Assembly (NCBI GenBank): GCA_051294375.1
Contig: CM119265.1
Span: 20,742,221-20,806,220 of the forward strand
Direction: 5' to 3'
From: Paraspadella gotoi
Taxonomy: Eukaryota > Animalia > Chaetognatha
DNA length: 64,000 nt
Shown here: piece by piece, positions 27,201-57,207 of the stretch
How the letters are laid out: the number at the start of each line of letters is the position of its first letter
Numbering within the stretch: position 1 is the stretch's first letter
Program-made: the position numbers and the translations under genes
The notes under the pieces: model-generated
Database searches by the model: none
Seen by the model: only the letters and a program-made list of their open reading frames with translations
What the model was told of the DNA's origin: nothing

Positions 27201-30200
27201 AACATGTGTACATGCCAAACTACTGGTCAAGTTACTTGTGAAAATAAAGTATGTGGCTGCCAGTACAATGGCCAATCATTATCTTACGGACAGAGAGTAT
27301 CAAAAGGAGACAATTGTAATATGTGCACATGCCAACCAAATGGACAAATGATTTGTGAAAGCAAAGTGTGTGGATGTACTTATAATGGCCAAACCCTGCA
27401 ATATGGTCAAAGAGTATCCAAGGGAGATAACTGCAATATGTGTACCTGTCAACAAAATGGCCAAATGGTTTGTGAGAACAAAGTATGTGGTTGTACCTAT
27501 AACGGTCAAACCTTGCAATATGGTCAAAGGGTATCCAAGGGGGATAATTGCAATATGTGCACATGTCAGCAAAATGGACAAATGGTTTGTGAAAATAAAG
27601 TATGTGGTTGTACCTATAATGGTCAAACCTTGCAATATGGTCAAAGGGTATCTAAAGGAGATAACTGCAATATGTGTACATGTCAGCAAAATGGACAAAT
27701 GATTTGTGAAAACAAAGTTTGTGGTTGTACCTACAATGGTCAAAAATTGCAATATGGTCAAAAAGTATCTAAAGGTGATAATTGTAACATGTGCACATGT
27801 CAGCAAAATGGCCAAACGGTTTGTGAAAGCAAAGTATGTGGATGTGCTTATAATGGTCAAACATTGCAATATGGTCAAAAAGTATCTAAAGGAGATAATT
27901 GTAATATGTGTACTTGTCAGCAAAATGGCCAATGGTTTGTGAAACAAAGTATGTGGTTGTACCTATGGTCAAACCTGCAATATGGTCAAAGGGTATCTAA
28001 AGGAGATAACTGCAATATGTGTACTTGTCAGCAAAATGGACAAATGGTTTGTGAAAACAAAGTTTGTGGTTGTACCTACAATGGTCAAAAATTGCAATAT
28101 GGTCAAAAAGTATCTAAAGGTGATAATTGTAAACATGTGCACATGTCAGCAAATGGCCAAACGGTTTGTGAAAGCAAAGTATGTGGATGTGCTTATAATG
28201 GTCAAACATTGCAATATGGTCAAAAGTATCTAAAGGAGATAATTGTAATATGTGTACTTGTCAGCAAAATGGCCAAATGACATGTGAAATAAAGTGTGTG
28301 ATGTACCTACAAGGGTCAAACAATTGCAATATGTGAAAGAGTATCTAAGGGAGACAATTGCAATATGTGTACTTGTCAGCAAAATGGCAAATGGTTTGTG
28401 AAAACAAAGTATGTGGTGTACCTACAATGGTCAAACCATGCAATATGGTCAAAGGGTATCTAAAGGGGATAACTGCAATATGTGCACCTGTCAGCAAAAT
28501 GGGCAAATGGTTTGTGAAAACAAAGTATGTGGTTGTACCTAATGTAACTTGCAATATGGTCAAAGGGTATCTAAGGGAGATAATTGTAATATGTGCACAT
28601 GTCAGCAAAATGGACAAATGAATTGTGAAAACAAAGTGTGTGGATGTACCTACAATGGTCAAACATTGCAATATGGTCAAAGGGTATCTAAAGGGGATAA
28701 CTGCAATATGTGCACCTGTCAGCAAAATGGGCAAATGGTTTGTGAAAACAAAGTATGTGGCTGTAGTTACAATGGTCAAAAATTGCAATATGGTCAAAGG
28801 GTATCTAAGGGAGATAATTGCAATATGTGCACATGTCAGCAAAATGGACAAATAAATTGTGAAAACAAAGTATGTGGCTGTACCTACAATGGTCAAACAT
28901 TGCAATATGGTCAAAGGGTGTCTAAGGGAGATAATTGCAATATGTGTACATGTCAGCAAAATGGCCAAATGGTTTGTGAAAACAAAGTGTGTGGATGTAC
29001 TTATAATGGCCAAAGTTTAAAATATGGTCAAAAGGTATCCAAGGGTGATAACTGCAATATGTGTACATGTCAGCAAAATGGCCAAATGGTTTGTGAAAAT
29101 AAAGTGTGTGGATGTACCTACAATGGCCAAAGTTTGAAATATGGTCAAAAGGTATCCAAGGGCGATAACTGCAATATGTGCACCTGTCAGCAAAATGGAC
29201 AAATGATTTGTGAAAACAAAGTTTGTGGTTGTACCTACAATGGTCAAAGCTTGCAATATGGTCAAAGAGTATCAAAAGGTGATAATTGCAATATGTGTAC
29301 TTGCCAGCAAAATGGGCAAATGGTTTGTGAAAACAAAGTTTGTGGATGCTCTTATAATGGACAAACCTTGAAAAATGGACAGAGAGTATCGAAAGGTGAT
29401 AATTGCAACATGTGCACTTGTCAGCAAAATGGCCAAATGAATTGTGAAAACAAAGTATGTGGATGTACTTATAATGGCCAAACATTATCTTATGGACAGA
29501 GAGTATCAAAAGGAGACAATTGTAATATGTGTACTTGTCAGCAAAATGGCCAAATGGTTTGTGAAAGCAAAGTATGTGGCTGTAGTTACAATGGTCAAAA
29601 ATTGCAATATGGTCAAAGGGTATCTAAAGGAGATAATTGTAATATGTGCACTTGTCAGCAAAATGGACAAATGGTTTGTGAAAACAAAGTATGCGGATGT
29701 ACCTACAATGGTCAAAAATTGCAAAATGGTCAAAAAGTATCTAAAGGTGATAATTGCAACATGTGTACTTGTCAGCAAAGTGGCCAAATGGTTTGTGAAA
29801 ACAAAGTATGTGGCTGTACCTACAATGGTCAAACCTTGCAATATGGTCAAAGGGTATCTAAGGGAGACAATTGCAATATGTGTACTTGTCAGCAAAATGG
29901 CCAAATGATTTGTGAAAACAAAGTATGCGGATGTACTTATAATGGTCAAAGAGATCTAGGGGAGACAATTGCAATATGGTGTACGTGTCAGCAAAATGGT
30001 CAAATGGTTTGTGAAAGCAAAGTATGCGGATGTACTTATAATGGTCAAACCTTGCAATATGGTCAAAGAGTTCTAAGGGAGACAATTGCAATATGTGTAC
30101 GTGTCAGCAAAATGGTCAAATGGTTTGTGAAAGCAAAGTATGTGGATGTACTTATAATGGTCAAACATTGCAATATGGTCAAAGAGTATCTAAAGGAGAT

Positions 30201-33200
30201 AATTGTAATATGTGTACTTGTCAGCAAAATGGCCAAATGACATGTGAAAATAAAGTGTGTGGATGTACCTATAATGGTCAAAACTTGCAATATGGTCAAA
30301 GAGTATCTAAGGGAGACAATTGCAATATGTGTACTTGTCAGCAAAATGGTCAAATGAATTGTGAAAACAAAGTATGTGGCTGTACCTACAATGGTCAAAC
30401 ATTGCAATATGTCAAAGAGTATCTAAGGGAACAATTGCAATAATGTACTTGTCAGCAAAATGGCCAAATGGTTTGTGAAAACAAAGTATGTGGATGTACC
30501 TATAATGGTCAAACCTTGCAATATGGTCAAAGAGTATCTAAGGGAGACAATTGCAATATGTGTACTTGTCAGCAAAATGGTCAAATGAATTGTGAAAACA
30601 AAGTATGTGGATGTACCTACAAGGGTCAAAAATTGCAATATGGTCAAAGAGTTATCTAAGGGAGACAATTGCAATATGTGTACTTGTCAGCAAAATGGTC
30701 AAATGAATTGTGAAAATAAAGTGTGTGGATGTACCTACAATGGTCAAACATTGCAATATGGTCAAAGAGTATCTAAGGGAGACAATTGCAATATGGTGTA
30801 CGTGTCAGCAAAATGGTCAAATGGTTTGTGAAAACAAAATATGTGGATGTACTTATAATGGTCAAACATTGCAATATGGTCAAAGAGTATCTAAGGGAGA
30901 CAATTGCAATATGTGTACATGTCAGCAAAATGGGCAAATGATTTGTGAAAATAAAGTTTGTGGTTGTAGTTACAATGGCCAAAGCTTAAATTACGGTCAA
31001 AGAGTCTCAAAAGGTGATAACTGTAACATGTGTACTTGCCAGTCTAATGGTCAAATGGTCTGCGAGAATAAAGTTTGTGGATGCACCTATAGTGGGCAGA
31101 CTTTAAGTACTGGCCAAAGAGTTTCCAAAGGAGATGGCTGTAATATGTGCACTTGCCAAGCAAGCGGACAAGTTATTTGTGAAAACAAAATATGTGGCTG
31201 TATGTTCAATGGAAGGCAATTGAGGTCAGGTGAAGTTGTTGACAAGGGTGATAATTGTAATAAATGTACATGTATGGCATCAGGACAGCTACAGTGCACC
31301 TCAAATGTCTGTGGTTGCCAATATCAGGGAAGACAGTTAACGTATGGACAATCCATACAAGTCGATTCTTGTAATACTTGTGTTTGTCAAAGTTCTGGAC
31401 AGGTTGGTCGGAATTTTTTGTAATCTCCTGTTTATGCGTGCCTAGGTCATTTATAAAATTGTACTCCACGGCTTTGGAAATGAAAAACATGATTAGACAT
31501 TGGGTTTTGCCATCACGAAATTATTCACACAGCATTATCATCAGCATTTAGTATAATTTTTCTAGTTCTTAGTTAAATATTTGCTTACAAAATGTAATAG
31601 GAAATATTAGAAAACATAAATCAGTGGGAAAATCTTAGTAAAATTAATAGAAAAAGGTTGAATTTATTGCATGACGTAATAAAATAATTTTAAAATTAGT
31701 CCAAAGTTACAAATTAAATAACTTTTTTTTCTACAAAATAGATGGATTGTACCAACAATGTATGTGGATGTGTTTATAATGGTTTACAAGTTCAAGTAGG
31801 ACAGAAGGTTCCAAAAGGAGATGGGTGCAATGATTGCACATGTCTATCCAATGGTCAAATGAGTTGTTCTTCAAATCCAACCCCGTGCAACTGTCAGTTC
31901 AATGGTCAAACATTAAGTATTGGCCAAACGATCCCAAGGGATTGCAATACTTGTGTGTGCCAGTCTTCTGGGACAGTCAGTTGCACTAACAACCCATGTA
32001 ATTGTCAGTACATGGGAAGAGCTATGTCATTTGGTGAAACTTTTCTTAGAGATTGTAACACATGTACCTGTAAACAGACAGGACAGGTTGGTTTAACTTC
32101 CTGTTTTTTTTGTAGTTTAAACAAAATCACTCCATGTATCTTTGTTTCTATTAGCTTTTTCTACATAATTTATACACTTACATATTTTCTCAGATTAGAG
32201 ACATATTATTTTGAAATGAATGCTTGGTGTTTAGATTGATATATAAAATTACTTAGAGAAATTCATTATTTAACGGTCAATCATTGTTTAAAAAGACTTT
32301 TACAACTTTTATTATCACTTTAGAATTATTATGCTGTAATAATGTAGTTCAGACGCACCGTTACCACTCAGTATTGCAATAATAGATATAGTTTTACAAA
32401 CATTCAATTCCATTGTTTAAATTTTTTAATCAGGTTGATTGCACAAACCAAATATGTGGATGTCAATATAATGGACAAACCATTAATATTGGAACAAAAG
32501 TCAATCGAGATGAATGTAACACTTGTGAATGTATGCAAAATGGGCAGGTAAGAGAATTTAAACCGTTTTCATTATATATTCTTGAAAAGGAATGCTTTTC
32601 AGTTAGGAATAGCATTTTGTTGCAAAACATTATTTGTAATGCTTAATTTTTCTTTGGCTTTTATAATTTGGTACGCAAGTGTCACACCAAATTTAGTTGA
32701 TTAAAGAAAGTTATCTATAAGATTAATAGTTTTACCATTAATATCTGTGAGTTTAAAAAATTTCAGCTTGAATGCACGAAAAATCCATACCCTTGTAACT
32801 GTAAATATATGGGGGAAACGATTGCCCTGGGTGCCAAGGTTCAGAAACAGTGTAATACATGCGAGTGTAAGTCAAATGGACAGCTGGAGTGTAGCAACAA
32901 TCCTTGCAACTGTCAATATCAAGGAATGACTTACTCCATTGGACAAAAGTTCTCTCCAGTTGGCAGTTCATGCACAAAATGCAGGTGCGTTAAGGATAGA
33001 ATTCCTGTTTTCTTCTTGGCAGAAATAAGTAACATTATTAATGATAATAATAGTAATGAAAATAATAATTATAATAATATTAAAAATATTGATAGTCATA
33101 AATAATAATTATTCTATGATAATATTATTAATAAAAATAATAATAAAACTAAAATAAAAATACAAAAAAATTACAGCTGTGAATTTAGCGGTCAAGTGAG

Positions 33201-33845
33201 CTGCGATTCCTCCACATGCACGCCTCCCCCTCTGACCGATGGATGCACAAAGGCTGGAAAATCCTACAAAATCGACGAAACGTTTCAAGGTTAGAAGATG
33301 GCGTTGACTCTTCTTTGTCAGTCTAGTAATTCACGGACTTCTCGACAATATTAGGGGATGATTGACTAGATTTGCTGATTCCCGATCGCGTGACAAAATT
33401 TGCCTCTTACTTGAAAAAAATATCATTTTTGAATTTTTGGTGAAGTATATTCCATAGACAATTTTTTTTTTATGAAACCCAAAAGGATAAATGATTAACG
33501 TTAGTCTCGAACGCGGGACCTTCGTTATAGTCTTCTGGTACAGTGGACCATTTCGTCAATGTTTAACTAAGAATTAAAATCTCATACCCCTCACCCACCC
33601 ACCCTCTTTGCCTCGTGCGAATAGATGATTGCAACACTTGCAAGTGCACCAAGCAAGCCGACGGCAAGGCGGGTATTGCTTGCACCAAAAAGACGTGCGG
33701 GTGTCAGGATCCTTCTCAACCGGGCAAAGTGTTCAAAGCCGGAGAGAAATGGCAGAAGGACGGCGATTGCGTCTCTTGCGAATGCCTCCCGTCCTTCAAC
33801 ATCAACTGCGTCAAAACTTGTAACACGAAAACAGGGAGACGTTGA
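17081..33845 (+). CDS. Giant secreted cysteine-rich protein of tandem 6-Cys VWC/pacifastin-like modules (kielin/chordin-like type), C-terminal isoform A
   Basis: Signal peptide MDWRFLSAAFLALVVSVSA. GT-AG exons: 17081-17129, 17650-17810, 17949-18053, 18267-18451, 18645-18786, 18892-18962, 19404-19514, 19850-19955, ~19997-20122 (acceptor unresolved), 20296-20385 or 20487-20600, 21416-21547, 21628-21838, 23564-23703, 24813-25134, 25205-25464, 25827-31402, 31742-32086, 32434-32547, 32767-32984, 33177-33289, 33625-33845 (ends KTGRR*). Module pattern C-x-YNG-x(11-14)-CNxCxC-x3-G-x3-C-x4-C. The repeat core has several frameshifts. Confidence 0.9.
18068..18232. repeat. (GA)n + (GAAA)n microsatellite filling an intron
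   Basis: Direct reading. Confidence 0.95.
21896..23420. mobile_element. Intronic non-autonomous element(s), DINE-1/HINE (Helentron-associated)-like, two tandem or nested copies
   Basis: Two related starts (21901 ttttagcagcagatctcggc...cactttgtcggtccg; 22311 ttttagtcggctctgc...cactttgtcggtccg). (GTCY)n microsatellite at 22109-22132. Three copies of a gacttgaaattt...aagtttc...gaaatgagtt block. Subterminal inverted repeat gtcggctctgc/gcagatccgac. Two related ends cattgtttgct(a/c)aaacttgtt (23138, 23396). Confidence 0.55.
26600..31250 (+). repeat. Coding tandem repeat, 117-bp (39-aa) unit, about 40 copies
   Basis: Unit GCTYNGQTLQYGQRVSKGDNCNMCTCQQNGQMVCENKVC repeated within a single 5.6-kb exon. 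Copies differ mainly at synonymous positions. Confidence 0.95.
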
Positions 33846-34245
33846 GATGTCGACGTGGCGTTTGAGTGGCGTTCGCGTTGACGCAACCCCTTAAAAAAAA
33901 GATTTCGGAATTTGCTCTTAAATTCACATTTCCCAATTCCTCCGCTCTTTTTTCGTCATCGACTTTATTTTTTCAACCTTTTGTTCTTCATTTCCTACTT
34001 TTAAAAAACCGTTTCATTTCTTTGCATTCGACCGCTTTTTCTCGGCCTAATTGTCGAGGCTTTGTTCCATTCGGTACGCTGTAACGTATCTTCTATAAGA
34101 TGTATAATCTCTCGATTTATTCGGTACTTCAGTACCGCATCAGCGTCTAGTCTGAAAAAAAAAAGAAGCTGCATGACTTTAATCCCGAACTTGTTTTTTT
34201 TTTATCTGCATGCTTTATTGGACCTATTTCGATTTAGTAAAATTA

Positions 34246-34251
34246 AATAAA
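34246..34251 (+). promoter_or_regulatory. Poly(A) signal for isoform A
   Basis: AATAAA 400 bp after the stop at 33845 and upstream of the cassette B acceptor. Confidence 0.5.
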
Positions 34252-34450
34252 ACATTTTGATACCTAATCGAATTTTTATTAACTATGTTTACTTATCTGT
34301 TTAGAATTAAAACGTTAAAATACGGACCAAAAAAAGCTTTAATTCTTTTTTTAATTATTGGAAGTTAATTCTTCCTTAAAACACTAGTTAGTGAGTACAG
34401 TTGCTTAAAATCTAATACCTTTTTTTACTTTTTGTACAATCAAAATTTAG

Positions 34451-35363
34451 CTATCGTGCACAAACAATCCCGTGCCTTGCAATTGTAAATATGGCACGAT
34501 GACTCTAGCCATCGGTCAGTCCATTCCGAAAGAGTGCAACACCTGCACATGTAAAACTAATGGTCAAGTGTCTTGCACAAACAAACCGTGTTCTTGCTTC
34601 TACAATGGAAACGTTTATCAAATCGGAAATTCGTTCACTCAGCAAGACGGTTGCACCAGATGCAGGTAAGTCAAAAAATTCATGTTTTGATTAATATTTT
34701 TTTTTCATACTAAATTTTTCTTAAGGTCATAATATAACATTTAATTTTTTATGATTAAATTGAGGCAGACAGTTAGTGAATGAGAGAGTGAGAGAATGAG
34801 AGACAGACTTACAGATAGAGATAGAGAGACAGAAAGAGAAAGAGAGAAAGATAAACAGGACAGTGATTTGATTACGCATTTTAAAACTGTTTTACAGATG
34901 TAACGAGGACGGTAAAGTTTCATGCAGCAAAGACTTGTGCCCCATCGCGAAGCCGAAGTGCGATCACCTGGGCAAAAAATACGACATTGGAACCACATGG
35001 AAAAGTTAGTCGAGAGTCGGAAATTTTTACTCGTTATGTTATGTTATGTTTTACCAATTAGTTTATTGTTTAATTTACGTCGCGAACTTGAAATCATTTA
35101 TCGCCCACCCCCGTTCCACCTAACCCCCATCTCCCTCTCGCCTCCCGACAGACGAATGCAACACCTGTCGATGCCAAGATTCCATGGGTCGCGCCGTGGC
35201 CGCCTGCACCAAGAAGGTCTGCGGATGTAGGGAGCCGCGAACGGGTCGCGTCTACAAGGCCGGCGACACCTGGCAACCGGATAAATGCACCAGCTGCACC
35301 TGTAGACAGACGGCGACGAGCTACGCCCCGAGTTGCAAGAAGAATCCAGGCTGCAAAGTCTAG
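34451..35363 (+). CDS. Alternative three-exon C-terminal cassette (isoform B) of the VWC/pacifastin-like gene
   Basis: Exons 34451-34665, 34898-35004, 35152-35363 have the same phases (0/2/1) as 32767-33845 and paralogous sequence. No start codon or signal peptide of its own; ends ...PSCKKNPGCKV*. Confidence 0.85.
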
Positions 35364-35861
35364 ATTGGAGAGATGGGGGGTGGGGGGGAGGACGTGGGAA
35401 ACGTTGAGGCCCAACGCGGTCGTGATTTAGCAGCGTCTTTGCAAAGGATAGAACAGATGGCGAGAGGACGCTGTGCGCGGACGTCCCAATTTAATCTCGC
35501 CCCCCTCCCCTCGCTCGACATATTGAAAAAGCCGACGGTTTTTTTTTTTTTTTTTTTATTCTTTGCCAATGACATACGCGTCGGACATTCGAAAATCGTT
35601 TAGGAGTACTGATATATGTGTTTATGAAGTATCTAAAAAGTTAGGCACCTTATAATGTTTCTTTGTGCTTAAATCTTCTTGTTAATTTTAAAACTTTAGT
35701 GATTCTAAAAAAAAGATTCGCAACTTCGTTAGTATACCTATTTTTTTATTAAGAACTTTTTAGTGAATTATTTTAAGTAATTCGTTGAACCATTATTTTT
35801 TTTTTCTGTAAAAAAGTTGTAAATGGAGCCCGGATATTCTCAACGTTTTTATCATTCACTA

Positions 35862-35987
35862 AATAAATTTTCATACTTTATGTATCATTTTTTAATTTCA
35901 TCATGATTCCAAACAGTTTCCATGAAAGACAGCTTCAATTTCGCCAATTGAAATAAAAAAATGAAGATTTCACGGGTATGATTTATT
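35862..35987. promoter_or_regulatory. Convergent poly(A) signals (AATAAA on + at 35862 and 35952; on - at 35982-35987)
   Basis: Lie between the stops of the VWC gene (35363, +) and the cadherin (36096, -). Confidence 0.45.
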
Positions 35988-36095
35988 AGCAAAGCAATGA
36001 ATGATTAATTCATGAAATTGATAATGATGACATGAGCTTGAAAGTTAAATAATAGTTAAATTCGAATTCATGCAAAGATTGATACTAACAAAATA

Positions 36096-53467
<17,372 letters not shown>

Positions 53468-54273
53468 TTTGTCTGAATCCGAATTAAACAAAAAAAAATT
53501 TAAATTATCATACAAAACGAGGAAAAAAAAATTAATTGGAGGATCGAGCGAAACGACGCGTGCGACTATTCCACAAAGAAATGAGAAGAATCAAATTCGA
53601 GAATGAACGTTATGAAATTCGTGCGACCGATCGATACCATCTGGTTCATTAAAAAATTTTTGCCTATTTTGGAAAATTATAAAATTAATAAAAAGTTCTA
53701 TAATGTAACAAGTTCAAGATGCAAAGGAAATAGATAATAATGTGGTATTCTAACATGATAAAAATATGCTTTTAAATAATAATTATGATAATTATAATAA
53801 TTTTTAAGTTATAATCTGATTTAACTCACTTTCTAAATTAAGTTTATATTTTAGATGAGACTTATCTAATGAATAGAAAGGTCAAACTATGGCTCATCGT
53901 GCTACATTTTTCAACCTTGAGGGTAAAAAGTTTCATTTCGATTAGTCAACAAAAATACATGTGACGGGCAAATCAAAAATCTGGTGTAAATATTTTTATA
54001 ATCTTAATCAAAAGCTTGAAATAATTTTGATCCCCGTTTAGTTATAATGACAATATGATGTTTTATTTTTATAAATCAGCTCGTTTAAGTAACAATAATA
54101 AAGTAGATATCATAGCTATCTCCATAAATAGTTTTAAACTTCAGCGGCGTCTGGCTTTCTCGTGGTTCGTCGCAACTCAGTTCCATCATGCGAATTTTTC
54201 CATTATGACTGATTGAGGCCCGATATACGAGCGTCGGGCGCGTGGTCGGCTTTAAAACGGAGGGGGGTTGGAG

Positions 54274-54310
<37 letters not shown>

Positions 54311-54988
54311 GGGGGGGACTTTAATTATCCTCTTTGAAATAATTTTGTAACTTTACGTGCAGCAAGCTACGTTTCAGCAATGATTATGAAAAAAAAAAAG
54401 GATTGATTGAATGATTGAAATCTAATGATTGGTCGATCGATTTTATTTGATTTGATTGATAAATTTAATAACTATTGAATTATTTGAATTTTTTTCAAAA
54501 TATGCAATTCTACTCTGTAATCTTATCATTTAACAGTAATGAATATTGAATTACTTTAAACCCATAAAAAATTTTTTCTCATTTTTTTAGTTTTTTGAAA
54601 GGTTTGCCAGCATTGTATCAACATGAAATTTATTTAAATATTTACCCTTATATTAAATTTAATACTTTAATAAAATAAAAAAGTATTAATAATAATGATG
54701 ATGATGCTAGTTAACAAATGTTGCAAAGTGACACATGATACCAGTTTAAAAATGATGCAAGTAAAAGTAATATAATAACAACACTAACGTCCCCATCCCA
54801 AACAGATAAATAATATTATATTTAAATATTTTTATTTTATATTCTTTAAGAAATTTACGTTTAAAATAAAAAAAACGAGTATAAATTTCTTGTTCTCCAT
54901 TTTTAAATCACATAGTTATAACAAAATACAATACAATTTCGGCTATCGGAAAAAAAAAAGATAAAGTCGATTCCCTTTTGTTGAAAAC

Positions 54989-55007
54989 TTCGTTTCTTGG
55001 AAACGAA
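54989..55007. promoter_or_regulatory. RFX X-box-like palindrome (GTTTCTTGGAAAC) upstream of a ciliary gene
   Basis: ttcgtttc-ttg-gaaacgaa lies ~430 bp upstream of the EFCAB2 ATG and resembles the X-box GTTTCCATGGAAAC. Confidence 0.4.
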
Positions 55008-55432
55008 AAAACAATATTTCGTTTCTCCCTTTCTGTCCACGAAAATCCTGAGGGAAATTAAGTCAAAAAGGTTCAAGGGTTAAATCGACGCTGGAATTTT
55101 CCGAATTAAGAACAGCGACGACTCGGAATTTTTGAACTGAGGATGCAGAAAATAGAAAACCGAACTGATTTATTCAGAACCAGAACATTTTGTTGAAAAA
55201 AAAAGGTTCAAATAATAGGTCGTTAGGAACTGAAAAAAAAAAGATCCTAAAAACGTTTCAAGCTGACTCTACTTTTTAAAAAGTTACGTCGGGTCAAGAG
55301 AAACACCCATCGGTCGATTTCAACGCGTCCGTTCAAAGAAAAGTTGGGTTCGTTTGTCGGCTTTAAACGTCACGTCGGCTAAAGGGCATTTGCCTTCGTC
55401 GGCTGTAGTTATCTTAGACTCAAAGGGTCAAA

Positions 55433-56687
<1,255 letters not shown>

Positions 56688-57032
56688 TGAAAGAGGGAAG
56701 GGGATCGGGCAATTGGGGCATGAAGGAAGAGAGAGATTGGATTAAGGAGAACCAATAGTGTGTGCGTGAATTTATCTCATAGATAGTAGGAGGTGAATTC
56801 ACTGAAGTTTCTATTTATTGCGATTGTTACCTCCTTCATAATAAATAAGAGCAATGTTCTTCTTTTGATTTTTTTGACGAGATCATCTTCGAATTATCTG
56901 AGACAGGGTAGCGAATTTTAAATGAGATTATATGGCAACAGTTAATAAGTGATCTCATAAATGGAATTTTTTCGAGTGAAAGTTAAAGCTCCCAACTCAA
57001 CAACAATGACAACGATAACGAGTCGAAATAAT

Positions 57033-57105
57033 CTGATTGGTCGCCCACTCGACATTTTTGGATTGTGATTGGCTGAAATATTTTGTGCTTTCTTCGCCGG
57101 AAGTT
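57033..57105 (+). promoter_or_regulatory. Promoter elements: two inverted CCAAT boxes and an ETS site
   Basis: gattgg at ~57035 and ~57067, ccggaagt at ~57097; 100-170 bp upstream of ATG 57208. Confidence 0.45.
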
Positions 57106-57207
57106 GCGTTGCCCTCGTCGCCTTTAAATTCTCGCGCGAATAAGCCCCGATCTATTTTACCAAGATATTTTGAGAATTTTCCTCGCGAATTCGAAGTTAA
57201 CATAAAA

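Noticed and set aside
27930-30800. Pseudogene or programmed frameshifting in the repeat exon
   Set aside because: Indels are irregular and limited to the hardest-to-polish region, and flanking exons are intact.
26600-31250. Regular repeat array resembling CRISPR or satellite DNA
   Set aside because: No unique spacers; it is an in-frame 117-bp coding repeat with synonymous variation in a eukaryotic exon.
26248-31490. Antisense and alternative-frame ORFs over the repeat exon
   Set aside because: Shadows of the coding repeat.
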